The notes: a model not told the origin generated them from the sequence alone. Shown: positions 37,042-48,832, numbered from the stretch's first letter. The stretch: DNA of 64,000 bases from an uncultured Planctomycetia bacterium (GCA_964635565.1 CAZWON010000002.1:14936-78935), one strand, 5' to 3'. A program made the numbers and translations.

Positions 37042-37704
37042 CTATTTTTCTTTTTGCCATCTTTTCTTTAAATAATCATACTTTTGAGGGTTATTCTCTT
37101 TAAACTTTTGCCTTCTCTCTTCTATTCTTTTTTTGATTACTGCGCACTTTTCAGGGTCGTTCTTACAGATATATTCTAAACGCCGTCTTGCTATCTTTCT
37201 TCTATGAGCAATTATTTTTTTAAATTTTTCAGGATCAGTCTCACGTAACTTCTCCAGCCTCTTCCTTACCCTTTCTCTATGTTGGGTCATAATCTCTTTA
37301 AACTTCTCGGGATCATTTTTCCGCAACTCCTCAAGACGCTTCCTTATTCGTATACGTGCACGCATAACAATCTCCTTAAATTTTTCGGGATCAGTCTTAC
37401 GTAGCTCCTTTAAATAATCTCTACGTGCTTTTATCCTCTCTTTAATAACTTTTTTGAACTTCTCAGGGTTTGTCTTTTTAAGTTTAAGCAATTGTTCCTT
37501 CTCCTCATCAGATAAACTTTCAAAGAGAATTTCTCTACCTACACCCCAACCTATACCTTGCTTCTTATGAGATGAAGCGGTTAGGTGTAAAGGAGATGTT
37601 GTTTCCTGCCAAGCATCTTTTTGGGCATAGACTACCTGATAACCCCCCTTAAAGAAAAAACTCATTGCTACTACTAAACCCAAACAAACTATTGTCTTTT
37701 TCAT
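37042..37704 (-). CDS. Exported basic repeat protein (about 22-aa LRKxDPEKFKxI repeats)
   Basis: Signal peptide; repeats TNPEKFK, TDPEKFK, NDPEKFK, TDPEKFK, NDPEKCA, NNPQKYD; ATG behind GGAGGTG. Confidence 0.8.
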   Translation of the reverse strand: MKKTIVCLGLVVAMSFFFKGGYQVVYAQKDAWQETTSPLHLTASSHKKQGIGWGVGREILFESLSDEEKEQLLKLKKTNPEKFKKVIKERIKARRDYLKELRKTDPEKFKEIVMRARIRIRKRLEELRKNDPEKFKEIMTQHRERVRKRLEKLRETDPEKFKKIIAHRRKIARRRLEYICKNDPEKCAVIKKRIEERRQKFKENNPQKYDYLKKRWQKEK

Positions 37705-37829
37705 TACTCTCACCTCCTTCGTCTAATTAGACGAAGAAAAGAATAAAAAAGTCTACACATAGAAGAAAACAATATAATAAAATCCCCTTAAACTAAATGG
37801 GAAATTTATCAATTTATCTCTGTAGATTT

Positions 37830-38393
37830 TTAATCTCTTTTAGAAAAAATAAGACTTAGGGTCTCCTGACGTGTCTTTTGGTTTTTACGGAAAATTCCTC
37901 GGACTACAGAAGTAGTAGTAATTGTCCCTGATTTCTTTATGCCCCGCATAGACATACACAGGTGTTCTGCTTCAATAACCACCATTACTCCTTTGGGATG
38001 AAGTTTTTTCATAATTACATCAGCTATTTTTGTAGTAAGTCGCTCTTGGACTTGAGGACGGCGAGATAAAATTTCTACTACTCTTGCTAATTTACTTAAC
38101 CCTGTTATTTTCTTATTAGGAATATAAGCAACATAAGCCTTCCCAATAAAGGGGAGAAAATGGTGCTCACATATAGAATAAAGAGGTATATTTTTTAAAA
38201 GAATAACCTCATCATGTTCCTGTTCCAATATAACTTCTAACTCTTTGTAAGGGTCTTGTGACATCCCAAAGAATATTTCTTCATACATATTTGCTACTCT
38301 CTTAGGAGTAGAGGCAATATCTCTTCTTTTTAAATCCATCCCCAATCCCTCCAACATCATCCTTACACCTTTCTCTACTTTCCTCTTATCCAT
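37830..38393 (-). CDS. folE: GTP cyclohydrolase I
   Basis: TPKRVA, SICEHHFLPF, GLSKLAR, QVQERLT, HLCMSMRG. Confidence 0.97.
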   Translation of the reverse strand: MDKRKVEKGVRMMLEGLGMDLKRRDIASTPKRVANMYEEIFFGMSQDPYKELEVILEQEHDEVILLKNIPLYSICEHHFLPFIGKAYVAYIPNKKITGLSKLARVVEILSRRPQVQERLTTKIADVIMKKLHPKGVMVVIEAEHLCMSMRGIKKSGTITTTSVVRGIFRKNQKTRQETLSLIFSKRD

Positions 38394-38411
38394 AATCACT
38401 CCTTTATTAAA

Positions 38412-39815
38412 CTATTTACCAATACAAAACTTGCTAAAAATTTCCTTTAGAATCTCCTCACTAATATTCTCACCCATTAATTTACCTATTTCTTCTAATG
38501 ACTCTTTTAAAGGTAAAATTATAAAATCGTAAGAATATCCTTTTTGAATAAGACCATCCGCTTCATCGATTTTTATCAATATTCTTTTAAGAATATCTTC
38601 CTGCCACTGGCTAAGAATAAATTGATTGCTTTCTGTCCTCAAGCTTTTTCTATAAGAGAGTTTAAAAATAGCCTCCTCTAATTTGTTTATTCCTATATGT
38701 TTAAGTGCACTTATTCTAACTATTGGTTTTCTAGATGGTTTTAATTTCTTAATTTCTAATCCTTTTTTTAAGTCAATTTTATTGATTACAAAAATAACAT
38801 TTTTTTCTTTTATTTTCTCCCATAAAGAAAAATCATCTTTACTTAAGTTTTGTGAAGTATCTAAAACAAAAAGAACAATATCAGCCTCTTTCAGCTTCCT
38901 ATAAGATTTCTCTATGGCTTTTTTATCAACAAAATCTTTAGGTTCTAAGATGCCCGCTGTATCAGAGATAACTACAGGCAACCCCTTTATATTAATAGTC
39001 TCTTCAACTACATCACGTGTAGTAGCAGGAATATGTGTAACAATCGCCCGTTCTTCTTTTAAGAGACAGTTAAATAACGTAGATTTTCCTACATTAGCTT
39101 TACCGCATATAACGCATTGAATTCCTTCTCGAAAAATTCTACAATCTCTACTATCCTCTAAAAATCTCTTTAAAGTATTCTTTGTCTTTCTAAGTACCCC
39201 TCTTAACTCTTTTAAATTTATAATTATTTGGTCATCGGGGAAATTTATATAAGCTTCTAATTTATAAACTAAATTTCTCAATAAGTCTTTGATAGTGTTT
39301 AACTTAGAGGAAAAATCCCCTTTAAGTTGCCTCGTTGAAGAAAGAAGAAATCTCTCTGTTTTTGCCTCTACAATATCAAGTATTGCCTGGGCTTGAATTA
39401 AATCAATCCTTCCCTTTATAAAAGCACGGTAACTGAACTCCCCCGGCTGGGCTAAACGTCCACCTCCTTTTAATACTAAAGAAAGTATCTTATTTAATAC
39501 CACAATCCCTCCATGAGAAGATATTTCTACTACATCTTCACGGGTATAAGAATAAGGTCCTCTCATTATACTTACTAAGACCTCATCTATTATCCTGGGA
39601 GCTTTTTCTTTAGAAAACCTATCAACTATCCAACCATAATGCAAGGTGTATGTTTTTTCTTCTTTTATATTTTTTTTATTTTTCGGCAGGAAAATCTTTG
39701 CGACAATAGAAAGCGCTTTACTCCCAGAAATCTTAATTACTCCTAAAGCAGAAGTTGAAGGAAAAGTTGCTATAGCAGCAATTGTATCTTTCAAATTATA
39801 GTTATTTAGCCACAT
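38412..39815 (-). CDS. mnmE: tRNA modification GTPase MnmE
   Basis: DTIAAIAT, SYTREDVVEI, GKANVGKST, TTRD, DTAG, C-terminal FCIGK. Confidence 0.97.
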   Translation of the reverse strand: MWLNNYNLKDTIAAIATFPSTSALGVIKISGSKALSIVAKIFLPKNKKNIKEEKTYTLHYGWIVDRFSKEKAPRIIDEVLVSIMRGPYSYTREDVVEISSHGGIVVLNKILSLVLKGGGRLAQPGEFSYRAFIKGRIDLIQAQAILDIVEAKTERFLLSSTRQLKGDFSSKLNTIKDLLRNLVYKLEAYINFPDDQIIINLKELRGVLRKTKNTLKRFLEDSRDCRIFREGIQCVICGKANVGKSTLFNCLLKEERAIVTHIPATTRDVVEETINIKGLPVVISDTAGILEPKDFVDKKAIEKSYRKLKEADIVLFVLDTSQNLSKDDFSLWEKIKEKNVIFVINKIDLKKGLEIKKLKPSRKPIVRISALKHIGINKLEEAIFKLSYRKSLRTESNQFILSQWQEDILKRILIKIDEADGLIQKGYSYDFIILPLKESLEEIGKLMGENISEEILKEIFSKFCIGK

Positions 39816-41137
39816 ATTTTCCTTTTAAAAATCCTCTTTGCTTCTGCTACAAGAAAGAACGATCCACTTATTAAAATAATATACTTCTTATTATAATAAG
39901 CGTATGCAATTTTTAAAGCATTTTTCAGACTATTTGTAATATCTGCTTTCAGGTTGGTAATAGAAGCCATTTTGAAAGGATTAAAGGAACGGGGGTTACA
40001 AAAAGAAGTAAAAATTAATTTATCATAATGGATTAAAGAAAGCATCTTCTTTATGTCTTTATCTTTTGAAGCGGAAAAAATAAGAATGACCTTCCTTTCA
40101 GGAAAATATGTTTTTAAACACTGTGCCAATACTTTAAAAGAAGATGGATTATGTGCTATATCTAAAAGTATGAAGGGATTTTTATTTACTAACTCAAACC
40201 TTCCTTCTAAAAAAGTTTCTCTTAAAGCTTTCCTAATAAATTTTTTATTATTCCCTATAATCAAATGAGTAGCCATAATCGCTAAAGAAGCATTCTCTAT
40301 CTGGTGCATTCCTTTTAAAGAAATACATACGTTTTTCATCTTAAATTGATTAAAATTAAAATCAAAGTAGCTATAATTTCTCATTAATTTAACATTAGAA
40401 AAACAAAAGTCTCTATTTAAAACAAAAAGGGGAGAATTTGTTGCTTTAACTTTTTTAAAAATTACAGCAGCTGCGTCTTTTTCTTGTTGAGCAGTTACAA
40501 CAGGAATGTTCCTTTTTATAATCCCTGCTTTTTGATAAGCGATATCTTTTATGTACCTTCCCAATTTTTGAATATGATCGTATCCTATATGGGTAATAAT
40601 GCTTACCAGTGGTTTAATTATATTAGTAGCATCAAAACGACCTCCCAAGCCCACCTCTAAAACAACATAATCAAGTTTTTTATCAAGAAAATATTTAAAA
40701 GCCAATGCGGTATATACCTCAAAAAAAGTTATTTTGCCAAACTCTTCAGTAAAACGTATCTTCTCTAAATAGGGTTTAAATTCCTCTATGATTTTTACCA
40801 CATCTTTAGAAGAAATCTTTCTTCTTATTATTTTTGTATTTTTATTTTCTAATACTTCTATCCTTTCTCTTAAATCTTTAAAATGAGGGGAAGTATAAAG
40901 ACCAACCCTAAACCCACTTTTAGCCAATATATAAGCAACAAAATTAGCACAAGAGCCCTTCCCTTTGGTGCCAGCAATATGAATGGCTTTCAATTTTCTG
41001 TAAGGAATATTCAGAATAGAAAAAAGGTATCTCACCCGTTTAAGCTTTATAGTTTTTTTATAAATATAATTATTATCTCTTTCATAATTAATAAATGTAT
41101 CTAAATAATCCTTAGTTTGTTTAAAATTTACCTTCAT
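39806..41137 (-). CDS. folC: Folylpolyglutamate synthase/dihydrofolate synthase
   Basis: IHIAGTKGKGS, YTSPH, EVGLGGRFDATN, DIAHNP. Confidence 0.96.
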   Translation of the reverse strand: MKVNFKQTKDYLDTFINYERDNNYIYKKTIKLKRVRYLFSILNIPYRKLKAIHIAGTKGKGSCANFVAYILAKSGFRVGLYTSPHFKDLRERIEVLENKNTKIIRRKISSKDVVKIIEEFKPYLEKIRFTEEFGKITFFEVYTALAFKYFLDKKLDYVVLEVGLGGRFDATNIIKPLVSIITHIGYDHIQKLGRYIKDIAYQKAGIIKRNIPVVTAQQEKDAAAVIFKKVKATNSPLFVLNRDFCFSNVKLMRNYSYFDFNFNQFKMKNVCISLKGMHQIENASLAIMATHLIIGNNKKFIRKALRETFLEGRFELVNKNPFILLDIAHNPSSFKVLAQCLKTYFPERKVILIFSASKDKDIKKMLSLIHYDKLIFTSFCNPRSFNPFKMASITNLKADITNSLKNALKIAYAYYNKKYIILISGSFFLVAEAKRIFKRKICG

Positions 41138-41175
41138 TTAAACTTTAATAGCGACTAAAGAAGATTTATGATTTA

Positions 41176-42690
41176 TTAATGGCGGAAATGGCGGATGCCC
41201 GTAAATATCATAGAAATATGATACTTATTACATAGGTCTATAATCTTCTCATCCTCTATAGAACCGCCTGGCTGGATTATTGCTTTTATACCATATTTTT
41301 TGACAAGCTTTATGGCATCATCTTTGGGGAAAAACGCTTCCGAGGCAATCACTGCACCCTTAGGAGATTTACAGGCATTCTCTATAGCAACTCTAACTGC
41401 TCCTACACGTGAGGGCTGACCCGTCCCTATTCCTATGGTAGCAAGATTTTTGGCAATTACCACAGCATTAGATTTGACAAACTTCACTACCTTCCAAGCA
41501 AAAAAAAGGTCTTTTGTCTCTTTAGCAGTAGGTCTTTTTTTAGTTACTATTTTAAGATTGCTTTTCTCCCAACTTATAGTATCAAGATCCTGAACTAAAT
41601 ACCCAAAAGAAGTCCTCTTAATATCTTTTGCCTGAGGTCTCTTAGCAAAATCTGCCTCAATAACTCTTAAGCTTCTCTTCTCAGAAAAGATACGTATTGA
41701 TTCCTTAGAGTAGTTAGGGGCAATAATGCATTCTCTAAAACCACTTTTTATAATTTCCTTTGCTGTTTTTTTATCCACTTTACGATTTAAACCTATAACT
41801 CCTCCAAAACTAGAAAGAGAATCTGCTTTATAGGCTTTAATATAAGCCTTATATATATTCTTATCAATGGCAACACCGCAAGGAGAAAGATGTTTTATTA
41901 CAACAGAAGCAGGGTCAGAAAATTCCTGCAAAAGCAAAAGCGCACTATCTAAATCTAAAAGATTATTAAAGGAAATCTGTCTGCCTTGTAACTGCTTAAA
42001 GACAACCCTATCTTCATTTATTAACCGAAAAAGAACAGCTTTCTGATGAGGATTCTCTCCATATCTTAATTTAGCAAGTCTTTCTAAATTCCAAATCAAC
42101 ACATCTTTATTTGTAAGATAACTGTAAATATAACTGTCATATTCTTTAGTTAATCTGAAAACTTCACAAGCAAGCTCTCTTAATGTGTGTTCACTGATAG
42201 AACCTTTGTTTTTTTCCATCTCGGATATGATCATTTTATATTGATGGGGAGAACTTATACAAGCTACATTTCTAAAATTTTTAGCAGCGGCACGTAAAAG
42301 TGCAGGCCCTCCAATATCAATATATTCTAACATCTGACCAAAACTTAAATTTTCTTCCAGCATTTTTTTAAAAGGGTAAAAATTTACCACCACCATATCA
42401 ATTGGCTCTATATTTAAATTTTTTATCTCCTCTAAATGTAAAGGGTGCTTCTTATTTGCCAAAATAGCACCAAATACTTTGGGATGAAGAGTTTTTACTC
42501 TCCCGGAAAGAATCTCAGGAAATCCTGTAAGATTAGAGACTTCCTTTACAGAAATTCCACTTTTATGCAAAAGGGAAGCTGTCTTCCCTGTAGATATTAT
42601 TTCCACATTAAAATTTTTTAATTTCCGGACTAACTCAATAACTCCATGCTTATCCCATACACTTATAATCGCTCTTCTTATCTTTAACAT
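41176..42690 (-). CDS. purH: Bifunctional AICAR transformylase/IMP cyclohydrolase
   Basis: GRVKTLHP, IDIGGP, LRYGENPHQ, C-terminal RHFRH. Confidence 0.97.
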   Translation of the reverse strand: MLKIRRAIISVWDKHGVIELVRKLKNFNVEIISTGKTASLLHKSGISVKEVSNLTGFPEILSGRVKTLHPKVFGAILANKKHPLHLEEIKNLNIEPIDMVVVNFYPFKKMLEENLSFGQMLEYIDIGGPALLRAAAKNFRNVACISSPHQYKMIISEMEKNKGSISEHTLRELACEVFRLTKEYDSYIYSYLTNKDVLIWNLERLAKLRYGENPHQKAVLFRLINEDRVVFKQLQGRQISFNNLLDLDSALLLLQEFSDPASVVIKHLSPCGVAIDKNIYKAYIKAYKADSLSSFGGVIGLNRKVDKKTAKEIIKSGFRECIIAPNYSKESIRIFSEKRSLRVIEADFAKRPQAKDIKRTSFGYLVQDLDTISWEKSNLKIVTKKRPTAKETKDLFFAWKVVKFVKSNAVVIAKNLATIGIGTGQPSRVGAVRVAIENACKSPKGAVIASEAFFPKDDAIKLVKKYGIKAIIQPGGSIEDEKIIDLCNKYHISMIFTGIRHFRH

Positions 42691-42692
42691 CG

Positions 42693-43364
42693 CTATACCT
42701 TAAACTTTATATTTATAATATCTCCCTCCTCAACAATATAATCCCTATCCACAATCTTCATTACACCTCTTGCTTTGGCGCTGGATGGGTTATCAAAACT
42801 ATCTAAGTCTTTTATGTTATAAACTTCTGCACGAATAAATCCTTTTGCTAAATCCGTATGAATTTTACCTGCAGCCTCAATTATATTCCTTCCCCTTTTC
42901 AATAACCATCCTTTTATCTCATTACTATTGACAGTAAAAAAAGATATATACCCACAAACTTCAAGAATCTTCTTTAAAAGCGCTAAGGTATCCTCATTAT
43001 TAAAAATCACTAATGGCCTTGCTGTTAAAAAAGCATATTCTTTTATCTGGGAAATTTTAGAAAAAGAAAGATTGCCAAAAATAGGCTTCTCTTTTTCTAA
43101 AAGATCTTTTATCTCACTTAACAGTTCTTTGAGAGAAGTTTTCTCCCACAATCTATCTATCTTTTCTAAATCTTGAATTATATAGCTAATTAAATTCTCT
43201 TCTTTAATAAGTAAACACTCGCATAAGGTAGGATTCTGGTTAGTAAATTCTATAGAAATAAAAGTTAATTTTTTTGATTTAAACCTCTCTTGAAGTTTAT
43301 TTAAACGAATATCTTTATAGGTCTTCTTACCCATTAACTCTTCTATCTCTGTAAATACCTTCAC
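42693..43364 (-). CDS. YchF-like protein lacking the P-loop (DUF933/TGS C-terminus)
   Basis: ISFFT...AAGKIHTDLAKGFIRAEV...DYIVEEGDII C-terminus of YchF; no GxxxxGKS; 223 aa. Confidence 0.8.
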   Translation of the reverse strand: MKVFTEIEELMGKKTYKDIRLNKLQERFKSKKLTFISIEFTNQNPTLCECLLIKEENLISYIIQDLEKIDRLWEKTSLKELLSEIKDLLEKEKPIFGNLSFSKISQIKEYAFLTARPLVIFNNEDTLALLKKILEVCGYISFFTVNSNEIKGWLLKRGRNIIEAAGKIHTDLAKGFIRAEVYNIKDLDSFDNPSSAKARGVMKIVDRDYIVEEGDIINIKFKV

Positions 43365-45361
43365 TCTTCTTCTTTTGTCTTCTTTGCTTTAGCAATAATC
43401 CCCTGAGCAATCCGATTAGGCACTATCTCATAATGAGAAAAACTCATCGTATAACTTCCTCTTCCTCCTGTAACTGATCTTAAATCAGAAGCATATTTAA
43501 ACATCTCTGCCAAAGGAACCTGGGCTTTTACTACCTGACTTTTACCTTTGGGTTCCATCCCTAATACTTTACCCCTGCGACCATTAATATCACCCGCAAT
43601 CTGGCCCATAAACTCATCAGGGACTACTATCTCTACATTCATAACTGGTTCTAAAAGCACACTACCTGCCTGTTCTAAAGCTTTCTTAAGAGCCATTGAA
43701 CCAGCTATTTGAAAGGCAATATCTGAAGAATCCACAGGATGGTAAGAACCATCATATAAAATTACTCTTATATCTGTAATAGGGTATCCTGCTAAGATAC
43801 CTTCGGCCATTGCCTTTCTTATCCCTTTCTCCACAGAAGGAATGAAATTACGGGGAATAGCCCCTCCTACAATTTTATCTACAAATTCAAAATTCTTACC
43901 ACGCTCTAAAGGCTCTACTTCAATCCAGACATCTCCATATTGACCACGTCCACCTGTCTGCTTTTTATATTTCCCCTGGACTTTAACGGATTTTGTTATG
44001 GTCTCCTGATAAGGAACCTTGGGTGTTCCTAACTCTACATTTGCCTGATACTTCCGTTTCATTCTCTCAATAATAACATTAAGATGTAACTCTCCCATCC
44101 CAGAAATAATTAATTCCTTAGTTTGGGTATCCCGCGAGACTCCAAAAGTAGGATCTTCACTAGTAAGCCGTGAAAGGGCAGTAGAAATTCTTTCTTCATC
44201 CTGACGGGTCTTTGGTTTTACAGAAGCAGAATAAGCAGGAGAGGGAAATTGTAAAGGAGAAAAGACTAATGGCTTTGAACTACTACAAAGGGTATCCTGA
44301 GTCTGTGTATTTTTTAATTTAGCTACTGCTCCTATATCACCAGCATACAAAATATCCTTTGCAACCTGCTGTTTTCCTTGAAGAGCATAAAGCTGACCAA
44401 ACTTCTCCTTATGACCTTTGGTAGCATTGAATACTTCTGTATTGGAAGAAACTTTTCCTGAAAACACTCTAAAAATATTAAGTTGACCCACATAAGGATC
44501 AATTATAGTCTTAAAAACTTGAGCACTGAAAAATGTTTCAACAGCGGGAGAAACCTCAATATCATTGCCTTTAGAATCTTTTGCTCTCCGCGAAAAATAA
44601 TCTCCTACTGCGGGCATAATATCAACAATTAAATCTAATAATACATCTATACCTTTTTGCTCTAAGGCCACTCCTCCTACGATAGGGAAGATTTGAGAAT
44701 TTAATATAGCCTTCTTTAACGCAGTATTTAACTCTTCCTCTTCTAAAACCTCTCCTTCTAAATATTTTTCCAGCAAAGAATCATCGCTTTCCGCAATCAT
44801 CTCTATGAGCGAACTGTAAAGAGAGCTATCTTTGTCTTTGTTCTTTAGGATATTTAAAATAGTATCTTTTTCAATTAAAGAAAAAACGGTTGCTCTTTTT
44901 GTTAAGGTATTTTTTATTTCCTCTACTATTTTGTTAAAATCCGTATTTTCTTTATCTAATTTATTAATAAAGAACATACAGGGGATATTTTCTTTTCTTA
45001 AAAGCTCCCAAGCTTTTTCTGTACCAACCTCTATGCCTCCTGTAGCATCTACTACAAGAACAGCAAAATCAACTGCCCTTATAGCAGAAATTAACTCTCC
45101 AATAAAATCTAAATAACCAGGGGTATCTATAAATTGCAGAATATTATCTTTATATTTAGCATTCAAAACAGAAAGATTTATAGAGCTTTTTCTTTCTTTC
45201 TCATCTTCCTCATAGTCGCTTAAAGTAGTACCATCATCTACTTTTCCTAACCGGGTAGTTGCCCCACACTTAAAGAGTAGAGCCTCACCTAATGTGGTTT
45301 TTCCTCCTTGGGCATGGCCACATAAAAGAAAAATCTTCTTCTTTGCTAAACTACTCTCCAT
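43361..45361 (-). CDS. fusA: Elongation factor G paralog (EF-G2-like)
   Basis: GHAQGGKTT, DTPGY, NKLD, GMGELHL, KQTGGRGQYG, GSYHPVDSS; not in an str operon. Confidence 0.9.
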   Translation of the reverse strand: MESSLAKKKIFLLCGHAQGGKTTLGEALLFKCGATTRLGKVDDGTTLSDYEEDEKERKSSINLSVLNAKYKDNILQFIDTPGYLDFIGELISAIRAVDFAVLVVDATGGIEVGTEKAWELLRKENIPCMFFINKLDKENTDFNKIVEEIKNTLTKRATVFSLIEKDTILNILKNKDKDSSLYSSLIEMIAESDDSLLEKYLEGEVLEEEELNTALKKAILNSQIFPIVGGVALEQKGIDVLLDLIVDIMPAVGDYFSRRAKDSKGNDIEVSPAVETFFSAQVFKTIIDPYVGQLNIFRVFSGKVSSNTEVFNATKGHKEKFGQLYALQGKQQVAKDILYAGDIGAVAKLKNTQTQDTLCSSSKPLVFSPLQFPSPAYSASVKPKTRQDEERISTALSRLTSEDPTFGVSRDTQTKELIISGMGELHLNVIIERMKRKYQANVELGTPKVPYQETITKSVKVQGKYKKQTGGRGQYGDVWIEVEPLERGKNFEFVDKIVGGAIPRNFIPSVEKGIRKAMAEGILAGYPITDIRVILYDGSYHPVDSSDIAFQIAGSMALKKALEQAGSVLLEPVMNVEIVVPDEFMGQIAGDINGRRGKVLGMEPKGKSQVVKAQVPLAEMFKYASDLRSVTGGRGSYTMSFSHYEIVPNRIAQGIIAKAKKTKEEE

Positions 45362-45558
45362 AATCCTCCTTTTGTTAGGGAAATTAAATTCTTTAAGGAT
45401 GCTATTTTTTAAGAAACTTTATTATATTAAAAATACCTCAACCCGTCAACTAAACTCCCTAAAAAATGGATATCTAAAGAAAAATATATTTTATATTTGT
45501 AACTTACTGATTTTCTTTAAATTAGAATAATTAAGATTTTTAAGAAACTGGTTAAATC

Positions 45559-47094
45559 TTATGCGGGCCGGTATTTTCCTCTAAAAATAGTCAATTCTAA
45601 GAAAGCCTGCAGTCTTCGAGAACGGCTGGGATGACGAAGCTTCTTTAAAGCTTTTGACTCTATCTGTCGGATTCTCTCTCTAGTAACCTTAAAAACATTG
45701 CCTACTTCTTCTAAAGTTTTAGGCGAACCGTCCTCTAAACCAAATCGTAAGATAAGAATCTGCCTTTCTCTCTCTGTAAGAGACTCCATAGCTTGAGTAA
45801 TCTCTTCTTTTAACATGGAATAAACAGTAGCATTAGCAGGAGAAGTAGCTTTCTTGTCCTCTATAAAATCCCCAAAATAAGTATCTCCATCATCACCTAT
45901 AGGAGTATGAATAGATATAGGCTGTTGAGAAACCTTAAGGATATCTTTTATTTTTGACAATGGCAATCTTAATTCTTTAGCAAGCTCTTCAGGAGTAGGC
46001 TCTACACCTTTTTCTTGGATGTAAAGACGGGATATCCGGATAATCTTATTAATAGTCTCTGTCATATGGACAGGTATCCTTATGGTGCGAGCTTGATCTG
46101 CAATTGCACGTGTTATTGCCTGTCTAATCCACCAAGTAGCATAAGTAGAGAATTTATAACCTCTTTTATATTCAAATTTTTCTACTGCCTTGATTAAACC
46201 AATATTTCCTTCCTGAATTAAATCTAAAAAAGATAATCCACGATTAACATACTTCTTAGCAATGCTTACTACCAATCTTAAATTAGCTTCAACAAGAGTC
46301 TTTTTAGCTTTATTATAATAATGCTGTTTTGCTAAAATGATCTTAAACTTCTCATGGAGATGACGAGGGTTAAACAACAATCGACGCATTAACCTATTTC
46401 TCCTTCTGACAAGAGAATTTGCCAATTTTCTTTTATGTCTTCCTTTTAAACGTTTAAGTTTCCTATTTATAGAATCAATTTCTCTCATCGTAGTCTTCAT
46501 ACGAAAAATTATATTTTCTATCACGCTTATAGTAAAATTAAATTTATTAAGAACTTTCCTTTGAGAATCCAATCTTCTGATACGCCTTAATTGAGTTATA
46601 AGCTTTTTAATTCTTCTTATTTCTCTCTCTTTATTTTTTATCTCTCCTTTTACAAAGTCATCAGGATTAAGCTCTCCCTTAATAAGCTTATCGCAAATAT
46701 TTAAAAAAGCCTCTTTGGCAATATTAGTTTCAAATATCTCCTTTCTTAAGGCACTTTCTTTTTCTTCTATTTCTTTCGCCAGTTCTATCTCATTTTCCCG
46801 GGAAAGCAGAGGAATTTGACCCATCTGCTTTAGATACATCTTTACAGGGTCGTCGATAGGTAAAGTTGCCGGAGAGACAGTCTTCTTCGTCCTCTCCCAT
46901 TGATCTACTTCTGCTGTCTCTAAAATATTTATATTTTGATTACCGAGGCGGTCCAAAATAAAATCCATATCATCAGCGGTAATAATCTCCTCAGAAAGAA
47001 AATGGTTTATCTCATCATATGTAAGGTATCCTTTCTTCTTGCCCAAATCAATCAATTGACCGATGTTTCTTTCTAAAATCTTCTGTTTAACCAT
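45559..47094 (-). CDS. rpoD: Primary sigma factor RpoD
   Basis: [44 protein letters not shown]. Confidence 0.97.
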   Translation of the reverse strand: MVKQKILERNIGQLIDLGKKKGYLTYDEINHFLSEEIITADDMDFILDRLGNQNINILETAEVDQWERTKKTVSPATLPIDDPVKMYLKQMGQIPLLSRENEIELAKEIEEKESALRKEIFETNIAKEAFLNICDKLIKGELNPDDFVKGEIKNKEREIRRIKKLITQLRRIRRLDSQRKVLNKFNFTISVIENIIFRMKTTMREIDSINRKLKRLKGRHKRKLANSLVRRRNRLMRRLLFNPRHLHEKFKIILAKQHYYNKAKKTLVEANLRLVVSIAKKYVNRGLSFLDLIQEGNIGLIKAVEKFEYKRGYKFSTYATWWIRQAITRAIADQARTIRIPVHMTETINKIIRISRLYIQEKGVEPTPEELAKELRLPLSKIKDILKVSQQPISIHTPIGDDGDTYFGDFIEDKKATSPANATVYSMLKEEITQAMESLTERERQILILRFGLEDGSPKTLEEVGNVFKVTRERIRQIESKALKKLRHPSRSRRLQAFLELTIFRGKYRPA

Positions 47095-48832
47095 TTCTTA
47101 CCTCGCTATTAATCTTATTAAATCTCGCCATTAATTCTCTTACTCTTGCTGTATCGTGAAGACTTTCAGCTTGACGAATCTGCTGTTTTATCTCCTCCCT
47201 TATAGTCTTTAGGCGGTTTCTCCTGAGTTTCGCCACGCAATCTTTCAACAAATTTTTATCAATCTTAACACCATCATCCATCATTATCTCCGACAAAAAA
47301 CTACTGATTTCTTTATCGTTTATAATCCCCAATAAATCTCTGTAAGTAAAAGACGGCTGTTCTTTTACTTTCTCCATAAAAAGAGTAAACGTCTTTTTTG
47401 CTAAAGGGTGCGAAAAATCTCCTGCATTAAGTTTATCTTTTAATGCATAGGAGACTTTTTTATTAGAAAACATACTTTTTATGACTATCTTTTCTACCAA
47501 AGGAATCGTCTCTATCCTTTTTGCAAAAAATGCCCCTTCTCTTCTTATATTTTTATCTATCTTTCTTATCTCAGATAAAAGCACTGTCTCTTTTACTTTT
47601 AATATCTGAGAAAGTTTCTTTATGTATTCGTATTTTTCTACTTCACTGGTAAGTTTACTAATGGTACCAAGCAGTTCTTCTGCAATCTTTACTTTCCCTT
47701 CAATACTTTCAATATCATAAAGATTGCGAAAAATATCAACTTTATAATCGAAAAAATCAATTCTTTTTTCTAAAAGAGATAAGACAAACTTAACCCCTTT
47801 TTCTCTTATTGCTAAATCTAAATCTAATCCTTTAGGGATCTGGGCAATTTCTGCCTTCATTCCTTCTTCTATAAGAGAGTCTACTGCTTTTAAAGTTGCT
47901 TTTTCCCCTGCTTTATCAGAATCAAAAACAAGAATTATATTGTTAGTGTATCGCTTAATAATCCTGATTTGTTCTATGGTAAGGGCGGTTCCTAAGCTCG
48001 CAACTATATTCTTAATGCCACAGGCAAAAGGAGTAATCATATCCAAATAACCTTCGGTAACAATAACGCTATTTTTGTTTACAATCTCCTCCTTAGAAAG
48101 ACTAAGGCCAAATAAATGTTCTCTTTTACTATATAAAATGTTTTCAAAAGAATTGATATACTTAGGCACATCTTTTTTATCCTTAATAATTCTTGCCCCA
48201 AAACCTACAGGTCTTTTGCGAACATCATAAATAGGGAAAATTATTCTATCTCTAAATAAATCAACATAACTGCCATTTTGCTTTGAAACTACTAATGATG
48301 CTTTCTCTAAAATGTCTATAGTAACTCCTCTTTTGCGCATATATCCAATCAGCCTGTTCCCTAAAGGAGCATATCCTATGCTAAACATATCCACTATTTC
48401 TTTATTTATCCCTCTTGAGTTCAAATAATCTAACGCTTCTTTTGCAGATGGTAAGGAAATTAAATTATTATGAAAAAAACTACACGCCTCCTTTACTACA
48501 TCATAGAGAATAATTTTTAACCTATCTTTTGATGAAACCTTTTGATAAGGAATGGATATCCCTAATCGGCGTGCCAAAAATTCTACACTCTCTATAAAGC
48601 TCATCCGTTCATACAACATAAGAAACTGTAAAACCCCTCCTCCTTGACCACAACCAAAACAGTGAAAAATCTGTCGCTGAGGACTTACAAAAAAAGAAGG
48701 GGTCTTCTCATTATGAAAAGGACAAAGAGCTTTGAAATTCCTTCCTGCTCTTTTTAGAGGAATATAGCTAGAAATTAAATCAACAATGTCTGTCTTCTCT
48801 TGAATCTCTTCTATAAATCCTTGAGGAATCAT
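47087..48832 (-). CDS. dnaG: DNA primase
   Basis: [11 protein letters not shown]...HCFGC zinc finger, EGYLD, FDSD TOPRIM. Confidence 0.97.
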   Translation of the reverse strand: MIPQGFIEEIQEKTDIVDLISSYIPLKRAGRNFKALCPFHNEKTPSFFVSPQRQIFHCFGCGQGGGVLQFLMLYERMSFIESVEFLARRLGISIPYQKVSSKDRLKIILYDVVKEACSFFHNNLISLPSAKEALDYLNSRGINKEIVDMFSIGYAPLGNRLIGYMRKRGVTIDILEKASLVVSKQNGSYVDLFRDRIIFPIYDVRKRPVGFGARIIKDKKDVPKYINSFENILYSKREHLFGLSLSKEEIVNKNSVIVTEGYLDMITPFACGIKNIVASLGTALTIEQIRIIKRYTNNIILVFDSDKAGEKATLKAVDSLIEEGMKAEIAQIPKGLDLDLAIREKGVKFVLSLLEKRIDFFDYKVDIFRNLYDIESIEGKVKIAEELLGTISKLTSEVEKYEYIKKLSQILKVKETVLLSEIRKIDKNIRREGAFFAKRIETIPLVEKIVIKSMFSNKKVSYALKDKLNAGDFSHPLAKKTFTLFMEKVKEQPSFTYRDLLGIINDKEISSFLSEIMMDDGVKIDKNLLKDCVAKLRRNRLKTIREEIKQQIRQAESLHDTARVRELMARFNKINSEVRNG

